Notes: a model not told the origin generated them from the sequence alone. Positions 27,417 to 36,752 are shown, counted from the stretch's first letter. The stretch: DNA of 38,780 bases from an uncultured Acidobacteriota bacterium (GCA_963702425.1 CAVPCQ010000041.1:1-38780), one strand, 5' to 3'. Numbers and translations are program-made.

Positions 27417-28766
27417 TCAGGCGACCGCGCCGCGTACCGTTTCGCCGTCCGCCTCGACCCGCGTGAGGCGCACCGCGAGGGGTGAGCCGGGCGGGGCCGC
27501 CGGGACGAGGACCTCAATGTAGTGGGCAGTCAGGGTGCGGCGCCAACCGTCGCCGGCCAGCCCGGCCAGGGCCAGCGCGGGGAGGGTCCGGCCGAGCAGC
27601 CGCTCGCGGTAGGCGCGCTTCTTCGCCGCGCCGAGCGCGCGCAGCTCGGCGGTCCGGGCCCCGACGACCTCCGGCGGCAGGTGCCCCGGCATCGTCGCGG
27701 CGCGCGTGCCGGGCCGCGACGAGTACGAGAAGACGTGCAGGTAGGCGAGCGGCAGGCTCTCGACGAAGGCGAGCGTCTCGCGGTGGTCCGCGTCGCGCTC
27801 ACCCGGGAAGCCCGCGATCACGTCGGCGCCGAGGCAGATGTCGGGGGCCCGGGTCGCGAGCGTCTCGATCAGGACGCGGTAGTCGCGGGTGCGGTAGTTC
27901 CGCGACATCGCGCCCAGCACGCGGTCGCAGCCGCTCTGCAGCGGGACCTGGAGGTGCGGCGCGAGCTGCCGGGCCGGCGTCGTGGCCAGCCGCTCGACGA
28001 GGCGAGGCGTCACCGTGCGCGGCTCGAGCGAGTTGAGCCGCAGCACGAGCGGCAGGTCGGCCGCAAGCAGCGCGTCGAGCAGGTCGGCCAGCTCGGCACG
28101 CGGCGCGAGATCCCGCCCCCAGTCGCCCACGTTGACGCCGGTGAGCCCGATCTCGCGCACGCCCTGCGCCGCCAGCGCGCGGGCGTCGGCCACGATTGCC
28201 GCCGCGGCGAGCGAGCGGCCGGGCCCGCGGACGCGGGGAATGACGCAGTAGCTGCAAGCGAGGTCGCAGCCTTCCTGCACCCGCAGCCAGCCGCGCGCGG
28301 AGTCCTCGAAGGAGACGACCGCCGGGGCCGCGCTGAAGCTCGCGCCCTCGCGCGCCCCGTAGGGGTCGGCCTCCGTGCCGGCCCTCCCGCACGCGCCCTG
28401 CGGCGGGCTGCCACGGAGGGCGGCCCCTGCGGGTCCCAGCAACGCCGCCGGCAACCGGTGCCGCGCCGCCTGTCCCACGACCGCGTCGAGCACGCCCAGC
28501 CCGGTCAGCGTCGCGGGGTCGCGTTCGGCATAGCAGCCGGCCGCCACGATCCGCGCCGCCGGGCTCAGCCGCCGCAGCCGTCGCGCGAGTCGCCGGCCGT
28601 CGCGATCGGCGGCAGCGGTGACGGTGCAGGTGTTGAGCAGGATCAGGTCGGCCTCGGCCGGGTCGGCCGTCGGTGTGTAGCCCTGCGCGCGCAGCAGTCC
28701 CTCAGCGAGGGCGCTGTCGAACTGGTTGAGCTTGCAGCCCAGCGTGACGACGTGGTACCGCGGCAT
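27417..28766 (-). CDS. mtaB: tRNA methylthiotransferase, MtaB/MiaB family radical SAM
   Basis: [35 protein letters not shown] (CxxxCxxC), LQSG and [11 protein letters not shown]; ATG at 28766. Confidence 0.88.
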   Translation of the reverse strand: MPRYHVVTLGCKLNQFDSALAEGLLRAQGYTPTADPAEADLILLNTCTVTAAADRDGRRLARRLRRLSPAARIVAAGCYAERDPATLTGLGVLDAVVGQAARHRLPAALLGPAGAALRGSPPQGACGRAGTEADPYGAREGASFSAAPAVVSFEDSARGWLRVQEGCDLACSYCVIPRVRGPGRSLAAAAIVADARALAAQGVREIGLTGVNVGDWGRDLAPRAELADLLDALLAADLPLVLRLNSLEPRTVTPRLVERLATTPARQLAPHLQVPLQSGCDRVLGAMSRNYRTRDYRVLIETLATRAPDICLGADVIAGFPGERDADHRETLAFVESLPLAYLHVFSYSSRPGTRAATMPGHLPPEVVGARTAELRALGAAKKRAYRERLLGRTLPALALAGLAGDGWRRTLTAHYIEVLVPAAPPGSPLAVRLTRVEADGETVRGAVA

Positions 28767-28801
28767 GGCGACGACCGGCCCGGCGGCCCCGGGACGCCGG
28801 G

Positions 28802-29323
28802 TCAGCCCGAGAGCAGGCCGGCGAGCGTGTCGCGCGCCCCGGCCGACGCGCGCTCGACCTCCGCCGCCATCTCGCGCTTGCGTTGCGCGAGCCGCTCCGC
28901 CAGCGCCGGGTCGGAGAGCGCCAGGATCTGCACCGCGAGCACGCCGGCATTGGCCGCACCGGCCTTGCCGATCGCCAGCGTCGCGACCGGCACGCCCTTC
29001 GGCATCTGCGCGGTCGAGAGCAGCGCGTCGAGGCCGCCGAGCGTCGAGCCGCCCAGCGGCACGCCCAGCACCGGGCGCGTGGTGTGCGCCGCGACGGTGC
29101 CGGCCAGGTGCGCGGCCATGCCGGCCCCGGCGATGAACACGAGCACGCCGCGGGCCTCGCAATCCCTGACGTAGGCGGCGGTCTCCGCGGGGGTCCGGTG
29201 CGCGGAGGTGACGCGGATCTCGTACGGGACGCCGAAGCGCGACAACTCGCGCGCCGCCTCGGCCATCTGGTCGAGGTCGGACTCCGAGCCCATCAGGATC
29301 GCCACTCTCGGCGCCGGGCTCAC
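28802..29323 (-). CDS. purE: N5-carboxyaminoimidazole ribonucleotide mutase
   Basis: [25 protein letters not shown] and [13 protein letters not shown] start overlaps the purD stop. Confidence 0.95.
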   Translation of the reverse strand: MSPAPRVAILMGSESDLDQMAEAARELSRFGVPYEIRVTSAHRTPAETAAYVRDCEARGVLVFIAGAGMAAHLAGTVAAHTTRPVLGVPLGGSTLGGLDALLSTAQMPKGVPVATLAIGKAGAANAGVLAVQILALSDPALAERLAQRKREMAAEVERASAGARDTLAGLLSG

Positions 29324-30621
29324 GCGGGGGCTCCGTTGCGGCGCGCCAGCAGCTCCAGCGCGTCCACGGCGACGTCGCGGCGGTAGTGCACGCCGGGGAA
29401 GTGGATCCGCGACGCGGCGTCGTAGGCCCGCCGGCGCGCGTCGGCGATGTCGCGGCCCAGCGCGGTCACGTCGAGCACGCGGCCGCCGGCGGTGCGGATC
29501 TCGCCGCCCGGCCCGGTGCGGGTGCCGGCGTGGAAGAAAAGCAGGTCGGGCCCGCCGACGAAGAGGTCGAGCCCGGTGATCTTCTTCCCCTTCGGGTACT
29601 GGCCCGGGTAACCCTGCGCGGCGAGCACGACCGTGACCGCCGCCTCGCGCCGCCACTCGACGCGCGCGTTGGAGAGGTCGCCATGCGCGGCGGCCGCAAG
29701 CACCGGGACCAGGTCCGAGGCCAGACGCGGCAGGATGACCTGCGTCTCCGGGTCGCCGAAGCGGACGTTGTACTCGAGCACGCTCGGTCCCGCCTCGTTC
29801 AGCATGAGGCCGACGTAGAGCACGCCGCGGTAGGGGTGCCCTTCGTCCGCCATCCCCTTGATCGTCGGCGCCACGACCTTCTCGAGCACGTACGCGATCG
29901 TCGCGCGGTCGAGGTGCAGGGCGGGGGAGAAGGCGCCCATCCCGCCGGTGTTCGGGCCGCGGTCGCCGTCGAAGACGCGCTTGTAGTCCTGCGCGGTGAC
30001 GAGCGGGATGACCCGCACGCCGTCGCTGATCACGAAGAACGAGGCCTCGCGCCCGGTGACGAAGCGCTCGATCACGACCACCTTGCCCGCGCCACCGAAG
30101 GCGCGCTGGACCATCAGGCGCTGCACCGCCTCGTGCCCCTGCTCGCGGGTCTCGCAGATGAAGACCCCCTTGCCCGCGGCGAGGCCGTCGGCCTTCACGA
30201 CCAGCGGCACCGGGTGCTGATCGATGAACCGGCAGGCGGCGTCGACGTCGTCGAAGATCTCGAAGGGCGCGGTCGGGATCCCGTGCCGGCGCATGAACTG
30301 CTTGCTGAAGGCCTTGCTCCCCTCGAGTCGCGCGGCCCCGGCGGACGGTCCGAAGACGGCGCGCCCGCGGGCCTGGATCTTGTCGGTCAGTCCCTGGCAG
30401 AGCGGCATCTCGGGGCCGATGACGGTCAGGTCGATCCCCTGGCGCGCGACGAAATCGGCGACGGCGTCGAGATCGGAGGAGGCAAGGGGAGGGCAGTCGG
30501 CGATTTCGGCGATGCCGGCATTACCGGGACTGCAGAAGAGCTCTTCGACGACCCGGCTCTGACGGATCTTCCACGCCAGAGCGTGCTCTCGGCCACCTCC
30601 GCCGATGACCAGCACCTTCAT
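29320..30621 (-). CDS. purD: Phosphoribosylamine--glycine ligase
   Basis: GGGGREHAL, LEGSKAF, KADGLAAGKGV, GPNTGGMGA and EYNVRFGDPETQ. Confidence 0.97.
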   Translation of the reverse strand: MKVLVIGGGGREHALAWKIRQSRVVEELFCSPGNAGIAEIADCPPLASSDLDAVADFVARQGIDLTVIGPEMPLCQGLTDKIQARGRAVFGPSAGAARLEGSKAFSKQFMRRHGIPTAPFEIFDDVDAACRFIDQHPVPLVVKADGLAAGKGVFICETREQGHEAVQRLMVQRAFGGAGKVVVIERFVTGREASFFVISDGVRVIPLVTAQDYKRVFDGDRGPNTGGMGAFSPALHLDRATIAYVLEKVVAPTIKGMADEGHPYRGVLYVGLMLNEAGPSVLEYNVRFGDPETQVILPRLASDLVPVLAAAAHGDLSNARVEWRREAAVTVVLAAQGYPGQYPKGKKITGLDLFVGGPDLLFFHAGTRTGPGGEIRTAGGRVLDVTALGRDIADARRRAYDAASRIHFPGVHYRRDVAVDALELLARRNGAPA

Positions 30622-30734
30622 GTCCGCTTCCCCTTCCTCGTGTCACCGGAAGCGGCCCGAAGGCGCCCCCCGAACGCAGCCGCTTGCTCCCGCTCGCCCG
30701 GCCCACCCCGGACGGCCAGATCTGACGCGGCGCG

Positions 30735-30763
30735 ATTCTCAAACAGGCGGAAATTAAAGGCAA
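30735..30763 (-). promoter_or_regulatory. Probable sigma70 promoter for purD
   Basis: TTGCCT-N17-GAGAAT on the minus strand, inside an unusually AT-rich patch. Confidence 0.5.
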
Positions 30764-30844
30764 GAAGAATGACTCGGTTAGCCAAGCGAGTAATACGTAG
30801 GGATCGGTCTCCACGCCGGCCCGCAGGATCCGAAGCGGGGCCCT

Positions 30845-31873
30845 CTACCGCGCATCCCGCAGGAAGGCCGCCGCGTCCTCCGGCGGGGAGGGATTGATGT
30901 AGAGCCCCGTCCCCCACTCGAACCCCGCCAGCGGCGTGAGCCGCGGCAGGACCTCGATGTGCCAGTGGAAGTCCCAGGGCAGCGTCGTCCAGTAGCCGGA
31001 GCGCCGCGCGCCGGCGTGCGGGTTGGGCGCGTTGACCAGCATCCAGTTGAGCGGCGCGTCGCCGAGCACGACGTCGAGCCGTCGGAAGACTTCGAGCATG
31101 TGCGCCGCCAACCCCTCCATCTCGGCACCCGAAACGTCGGTGAACTGGTGCTGGTGGCGGCGCGGGTAGATGTGGATCTCGTAAGGGAAGCGCGAGGCGT
31201 AGGGTGCGAAGGTGACGTAGCCGTCGTCGACGTGGACGATGCGTGAGCCGTCCGTCAGTTCCTGGTCGATCACGTCGCAGAACAGGCAGCGCTCCTTGTG
31301 ATGGTAGTGCGCCCGGGCCGTCTCCAGCTGCTGCGCGATCGCGGGAGGGGTCACCGGCGTGGCGACGATCTGCTGTGCGGGATGGTGCACGGTCGCACCG
31401 GCCGCGACACCGTAGTTGCGGAACAGCAGGATGTACTTGAAGCGCGGGTCGCGCAGCAGGTCGCCGATCCGGACCTTGCTGGCGTTGAGCGCCGCGGCTT
31501 TCTGCAGCAGCGGCAGCTCGTGAGGCTTGACGCGGTGCACCGGGGTTTCGATCACGATCTCGTGCGCCCCGATCCCGCGCATCTTGTCGTAGACGCCGTA
31601 GCCGCGGCGGTCGGCCTCGCCCTCGATGGCGAAGGCCGGCGCCTTGTTGGGGATGACGCGCACCAGCCAGCCGGGAGCGTTCGGCTGGCCTGACTCGCGG
31701 ACCGCCAGCAGCTCGGGCGGAGTGGACGACTCGCGGCCGGGGCAGAAGGCGCAGGGCGGCTCGTCCTCGGGCGGGACCGGCGGCGCGAAGTGGAACTCCG
31801 ACGGACGCCGGCTGCGCTCGACGGCGATGTTCACCCAGCGGCGATTGATCGGATCGTGGCGCAGTTCGCTCAT
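30845..31873 (-). CDS. Galactose-1-phosphate uridylyltransferase (GalT/HIT) family protein lacking the catalytic His
   Basis: ELRHDP, ERSRRP, CAFCPG.E, NKAPA, GAHEIVIE, CLFCD, PYASRFPYE and HWHIE..PRL...AGFEWGTG. The HPH motif reads HPA. Confidence 0.88.
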   Translation of the reverse strand: MSELRHDPINRRWVNIAVERSRRPSEFHFAPPVPPEDEPPCAFCPGRESSTPPELLAVRESGQPNAPGWLVRVIPNKAPAFAIEGEADRRGYGVYDKMRGIGAHEIVIETPVHRVKPHELPLLQKAAALNASKVRIGDLLRDPRFKYILLFRNYGVAAGATVHHPAQQIVATPVTPPAIAQQLETARAHYHHKERCLFCDVIDQELTDGSRIVHVDDGYVTFAPYASRFPYEIHIYPRRHQHQFTDVSGAEMEGLAAHMLEVFRRLDVVLGDAPLNWMLVNAPNPHAGARRSGYWTTLPWDFHWHIEVLPRLTPLAGFEWGTGLYINPSPPEDAAAFLRDAR

Positions 31874-31908
31874 CGGACGGTCTCCGTCGCAGTGCGTTCC
31901 AGCTTCTC

Positions 31909-31982
31909 GGGCCGCCACGGAGGGCGGCACCTACCGGTTCCTGCGCCGCGCGCAGCGTAGGGGCCGGCCTCCGTGCCGGCCC
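31909..31982. repeat. Inverted pair of GTAG-family REP-like palindromes
   Basis: The minus copy GTAGGTGCCGCCCTCCGTGGCGGCCC (31909-31934) and plus copy GTAGGGGCCGGCCTCCGTGCCGGCCC (31957-31982) are 23/26 identical. Confidence 0.7.
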
Positions 31983-32009
31983 GCACCCTACACCAGCGAG
32001 GCCCTCCCG

Positions 32010-34413
32010 CTACACCAGCGTGTCGTGCCGGTCGCCGTCGTACGGCCGGACCGGCGTGTCGACCGGTTTCAACGCATCGGCCGACATCCCGGCGGCCTCC
32101 GCCAGCGCCACCAGGTCGCTGATCGCCACCCCGGGCGGCCGGGCGGCCAGGAAGCGCCGCGTTCGATTGAGTACCGCCTCGCCGGTCGCCTCGCGGGCCG
32201 CCGTCAGCGCTTCCGCCAGCTCCGCCACCGGCGGCGCCTCGCCCGCGCGGCCGGCCGGCCGGGCGAGCAGCGCGAGCCACACGAGGTGCGCCAGGTGCCG
32301 ATCGAGCAGCGGGCGCAGGTCGGCGAGTTCCTCGGGGGTCAACCCCGCGGCGCGCGCCGCGGCCAGCGCGTCGCGCAGCCGGCGCACCCGCGCCGCCGGC
32401 TCGCCGGTCTGCTCCCGCAGCAGCGCCGAGAGCAGCGCACGGGCGCCGCCAGCGATCGCTTCCGGGAACGGGGACGGGAGCGGCACGCCGAGTTCGCGCG
32501 AGCGGCGTACGATCCACGCCAGTTCTTCCAGCGCCGCGGGATCGAGCACCGGCAGCCGGCGCGAGGCGCGCTCGGCGGCGAGATCGAGCAGCGCCTCCTG
32601 GACCAGCGGCGACGGCTCGGCGACCGGGCGGCCGTCGATCTCGAGCGCCAGTGGCGCGGTCGGCGCCTCGCCCGCGATCCGGTAGGTGGCGCTGGTCGCG
32701 GCGCCGGTGCGCAGGTGGACGACCTGCGCCTCCCCCTCGACCGCGAGCGCCCCGTCCTCCCCCTGAAGTGCCGTCGGCGGGCTGGACTCGTTGACGGCGA
32801 AGACCCCGTACGCGGCCGCGACCGCCGAGTTCGACAGCTTGCCGTGCTGCTGAACGTCGTACAGGTGCGCGGCGTGCAGCGCGAGCGCGTCGGCCGGTCC
32901 GCGCGCGACGGAGAGGACCTGGCGCCGATAGACGTCGGCGCCGCTTCCCAGCCCCGGGAAGTTCGATTCCGCGTCGCGCAGGCGGGTCGCGAAGTCGGGC
33001 TCCGGATCGATCCCGAAGACCGCGCGCGACAACTCGCAGGCCCGCGCCGCGTGGCGCAGCACCTGGGTCGCCTCGAGGCCCGCGATGTCGTCGAAGAACC
33101 AGCCACAGGAGGTAGCCGAGAACAGGACCTGGCGGATCAGTTCGAGCAGCGCCGCGGCGCGCAGCCGGCCCGCGTCGTCGAGTCCGGGTGCGGCGTGTCG
33201 GGCCAGGAAGTCGGCCAGCCGCTCGGGGGACGGCGGTCGCACGAGGATCTCGCCGTAAGCCTCGGCGGCCCCCCACGGGTCGCGGAACAGCGTCGACCCG
33301 TGGCGGTCGACCAGCACGAAGAGGCGGTCGCGCAGCGTCGCGACGGCGGCCCGCAGCGGGGCGCGCCAGCCCCACTGCCAGCCGGCGGCGGCGGCCCCCC
33401 CGCCGGCGGCCCCGGCGCCACAGCCGCAGTCGCGCTCCCAGCGCCCGACGCCGTGGGCGCAGGACCAGGCCGACGGCTCGGCGAGCAGCGCCTCCCAGCG
33501 CGCCGGGAGCCGGTGGAACAGGTCGCCGAGATGGGTGACGTGCGCGAGGCCGGTCATGCGGGTCCGCACCAGGGCCTCGGCCAGCTTCTCCTCCGCCCCC
33601 TTCTGGTGGTGACCGAAGGTCTCGCCGTCCGCGGCGAGCAGGCGGAACCCCTCCTCGTCCTCCGGCATCGCGCCGAGCGCGCTGCGGAATGCGCCGAGCA
33701 GCGCTTCGCCCGAGGCCAGCGTGCCGCCGAACGCGGCAGCGCGGGAGAGCGGCCCGTCGAACGCGAAGACCGTGAACGGGCGGCCGGAGGGGAGCGGAAC
33801 GCGGTACGACCGATGCGTCGGGACGCGCTGGCCCGAGACGTCGGACCACGTCGCGCTGCCGGGCGGCCGGATCCGCAGCACCTGCTCGGGCGCGACGATC
33901 GTGAACGAGAGCCCGAAGTCGGCTGCGGCCTCGAGCGAGGGGACGTCGACCGCCGTCTCCGGGAACCACAGCCCTTCGGCCGCGCGCCCGAAGCGGGCCT
34001 GGAAGTCGGCGAGGCCCCAGGCCAGCTGCAGCCGCTTCTCGCGCGGCTCGGCGAGCGGCATGATCGGGTGCCCGTAGGGCTGCGCCAGGGCTGCGCCGTG
34101 CCCGGTGCGCTCGATCGCGGCGCGGTCTCCCGCGAGCGCGTCGGCCAGCACCTCAGGGCGCTCGGCCTCGAGCCACGCGGCGAGGGTCGGCCCGATGTTG
34201 AACGAGATCCGTCCCGAAGAGATTGACCAGCGCCACGACCCGCCCGTCCGGTCCGCGGACGGCGGCGCCGCCGAGGCGCTCGTAACACTCGTCGGAAACC
34301 CGTTCGTTCCAGTCGCGGAAGGGGCACGCGCTGGGCTGGCGCTCGACCCGCTCGAACCAGGGGTTCTCGCGCGGCGGCTGGTAGAGGTGGGTGTGGACCG
34401 CGAGGTAGCGCAA
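32010..34413 (-). pseudogene. Glycoside hydrolase family 57 / DUF3536 protein with one extra base near 34213-34215 (likely sequencing error)
   Basis: HTHLYQPPRENPW...DWNERV..ECY (ORF 34153..34413) continues in another frame as ISFNIGPTL, then HPIMPL, GLWFPE, DGETFGHH, WSCAHGVGRW and TSCGWFFDD. The span is 2404 nt (3n+1). Confidence 0.85.
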
Positions 34414-34422
34414 CGAGCGTCC

Positions 34423-35046
34423 CTAGGCCGCCGACGGGGTGCGCGCCTCGGGCGGCGCGGCGGCGCGGACCGGGACGGGCTCCGGCGACGGGTCGCGCCC
34501 GGCGGCGATCAGCGCGAGGTCCATCGCCAGGCGCAGGCGGCCGGCGCGGCGGCGCTGGCGGCGCCGGCGCTTCAGGTGCCAGGCCGACGCGAGCGCGGCG
34601 AGCAGCAGCAGGAAGATGGGGATCGCGGTCGGCGCGGCGCCGCGTACCGCGCCCTCCAGCTGGGCCAGTGAGATCGAGGAGTAATAGGCGACGAGCACGA
34701 TCGCCGGCGCGATCACGATCGCCGAGACGAAGTCGAACAGCAGGAATTTCGGCCAGCTCATCCGGAGCATCCCGGCGGTCAGCACGAACGGCGTCTTCAG
34801 CCCGGGGATGAGGCGGGCGACCGACAGGACCCACGGCCCGCGGTGGACGTAGAGGTGGCGGGCGCGGGTCATCGTGCGGGTCCGCACCAGGGGGCGGAGG
34901 CGGGGGTGGGTGTGCAGGTGCCGGGCGAGGCCGTGACCGAGGACGAAGACGGCCAGGTCGCCGACGACGACCAGCGACGTGCCGATCACGATCGCCCAGA
35001 AGATGTCGACGACGCCGAATGCGGCCAGGAGACCGGCAGTGATCAA
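34423..35046 (-). CDS. DedA family membrane protein (short N-terminus)
   Basis: LITAGLL, GDLAVFVLG, ARLIPGLK and AGMLRMSWPKF. TTG start follows GGAG; no upstream in-frame start before a stop at 35149. Confidence 0.8.
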   Translation of the reverse strand: MITAGLLAAFGVVDIFWAIVIGTSLVVVGDLAVFVLGHGLARHLHTHPRLRPLVRTRTMTRARHLYVHRGPWVLSVARLIPGLKTPFVLTAGMLRMSWPKFLLFDFVSAIVIAPAIVLVAYYSSISLAQLEGAVRGAAPTAIPIFLLLLAALASAWHLKRRRRQRRRAGRLRLAMDLALIAAGRDPSPEPVPVRAAAPPEARTPSAA

Positions 35047-35123
35047 CGCGTGCTCCGGAGGCCGCGCCGCCGCGGCGGCCCGGCCCGAAAGGGCAGCTCG
35101 GCCCGAAGTCGGTCGAGGCCGCG

Positions 35124-35152
35124 AAGATAAGGGGCACGGGGGGGGCGGTCAA
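35124..35152 (-). promoter_or_regulatory. Sigma70 promoter for the dedA-GH57 unit
   Basis: TTGACC-N17-TATCTT on the minus strand. Confidence 0.6.
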
Positions 35153-35183
35153 GGCGCGCGGGGCGCGCGCGGGCCGGCGGGCG

Positions 35184-35302
35184 GGGCGGCCGGGTGAGCG
35201 CGCCGGCCGTGTGCGGGCCGGGCGGCCGGGTGAGCGCGCCGGCCGTGTGCGGGCCGGGCGGCCGGGTGAGCGCGCCGGCCGTGTGCGGGCCGGGCGGCCG
35301 GG
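35184..35302. repeat. Perfect 36-bp tandem repeat, 3.3 copies
   Basis: GGGCGGCCGGGTGAGCGCGCCGGCCGTGTGCGGGCC at 35184, 35220 and 35256, plus an 11-bp partial copy. Confidence 0.95.
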
Positions 35303-35391
35303 CGGTCAGGGTGGGGCGCGGCTGCGACCGGCGGCCACAGCGCCCGGCGTCGCGCGCCCGACCCGGCGTCCCTGACGGCGCCCGATGCGGA

Positions 35392-35660
35392 CAGAGGACC
35401 CCCTCGAATGCACATCCACCGACAGAGGAGGCACTCGAACGCACAGTTTGCGGGGGCCGCCCCTCCCGCCGGCGCGGTTTCCCGGAGGGCAGCCCCCCAG
35501 GAAACGGCCAGACGGGGGCTGAGCGGCCCGCCCACGAGGTCGCCGTGCATTCGTGGCGGTCCTCTGCGTACGGATGTGCATTCGACCGGGTCCTCTGCGC
35601 CGACGCGCGCATCCGACCGGGTCCTCTGCGCAGGTAACAGTGCATCCGGCCAGGTCCACT
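35392..35660. repeat. Inverted arrays of a ~23-bp motif (31-33 bp period) flanking a predicted structured core
   Basis: TGCATTCGACCGGGTCCTCTGCG-like units at 35546, 35577, 35608 and 35641, with reverse-complement units at 35392 and 35423. Confidence 0.8.
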
Positions 35661-35768
35661 ACCGAACGAGGAGCGGTTGGCGGCGGTTGCCGTCGCTGCG
35701 GCGCGCCTGCGGCCGCGCCGGCGGCCCGACCGGGCGTGCCGGCGCTACGATGTCCGCGGAGGTAGGCG

Positions 35769-36752
35769 ATGGCGGTCCTGGTGACGGGTGGCGCGGGCTA
35801 CATCGGGTCGTTCGTGTTGCGCGCGCTCGCGGCACGCGGGCACGCAGCGGTCGTGCTGGACGACCTGTCCACCGGGCACCGCCGGGCCGCGGAGGGCTGG
35901 CCGCTGGAGGAGTTCTCCTGCGGCGACACCGACCGGGTCGCGGGGCTGATGGAGCGGGCGGGGATCGACGCGGTGATCCACCTCGCGGCGCTCTCGATCG
36001 TCGGGGACTCGGTGCGCGAGCCCGAGCGCTACTGGCGGCACAACGTCGGCGGGGCCGAGGGGCTGCTCGCGGCCTGCCGGCGGGCCGGGGTCCGGCGCTT
36101 CGTGCTGTCGTCGACGGCGGCGGTCTACGGCGAGCCGTCGCGCGTACCGATCCCGGAGGAGCATCCGCTCGCGCCGACCAACCCCTACGGCGCGACCAAG
36201 GTGGAGATCGAGCGGCGGCTGGCGGCGGCGCGGGAGGCCGACGGGCTGGGCTGGGCCGCGCTGCGCTACTTCAACGCGGCGGGCGCGAAGCCGGATGGCT
36301 CGCTGGGAGAGGACCATCCGGTCGAGACGCACCTGATCCCGCTCGCGCTGCGGGCGGCAGCGGGGGCGGGCGGGGAGCTGACCGTCTTCGGCGACGACTG
36401 GCCGACCCCCGACGGGACCTGCCTGCGCGACTACGTCCACGTCCTCGACCTGGCGCGGGCGCACGTCCTGGCGCTCGACTGGCTCGACGCGCATCCGGGC
36501 GGCGCGCTGGTCTGCAACCTCGGCGGCGGGCGGGGGACCTCGGTGCGCGAGGTCCTGGACGCGGTGCACGCGGCGACCGGCCGCGCCGTCCCGCACCGGA
36601 TCGGGCCACGGCGCGCCGGCGATCCCGCCGTGCTGGTCGCCGCGGTCGGCCGGGCGGCGTCGGAGCTGGGCTGGCGCCCGGAGCGATCGGAGATCGGGAC
36701 GATCGTGAAGGATGCATGGGCCTGGGAGCGGAATCGGGGACAGCAACCGTAA
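35769..36752 (+). CDS. galE: UDP-glucose 4-epimerase
   Basis: VTGGAGYIGS, SSTAAVYG, YGATK (YxxxK), LRYFNAAGA, ETHLIP and DGTCLRDYVHV; GGAGG RBS. Confidence 0.95.
   Translation: MAVLVTGGAGYIGSFVLRALAARGHAAVVLDDLSTGHRRAAEGWPLEEFSCGDTDRVAGLMERAGIDAVIHLAALSIVGDSVREPERYWRHNVGGAEGLLAACRRAGVRRFVLSSTAAVYGEPSRVPIPEEHPLAPTNPYGATKVEIERRLAAAREADGLGWAALRYFNAAGAKPDGSLGEDHPVETHLIPLALRAAAGAGGELTVFGDDWPTPDGTCLRDYVHVLDLARAHVLALDWLDAHPGGALVCNLGGGRGTSVREVLDAVHAATGRAVPHRIGPRRAGDPAVLVAAVGRAASELGWRPERSEIGTIVKDAWAWERNRGQQP

Noticed and set aside
35184-35302. 36-bp repeats as a CRISPR array
   Set aside because: The copies are directly adjacent with no spacers, and there are no cas genes in the window.
35454-35529. 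Assigning the junction to a hammerhead ribozyme, SRP RNA, tRNA or purine riboswitch
   Set aside because: There is no CUGAnGA/GAAA junction core, SRP helix-8 motif, T-loop or CCA end, and no unpaired junction nucleotides for a purine pocket.
35546-35660. 23-bp repeats with variable linkers as a mini-CRISPR
   Set aside because: The linkers are only 8-10 bp, the repeats are degenerate, and inverted copies lie nearby.
35043-35765. ORFs across the dedA-galE intergenic region
   Set aside because: They are low-complexity translations of the repeats in several overlapping frames, with no RBS or family motifs.
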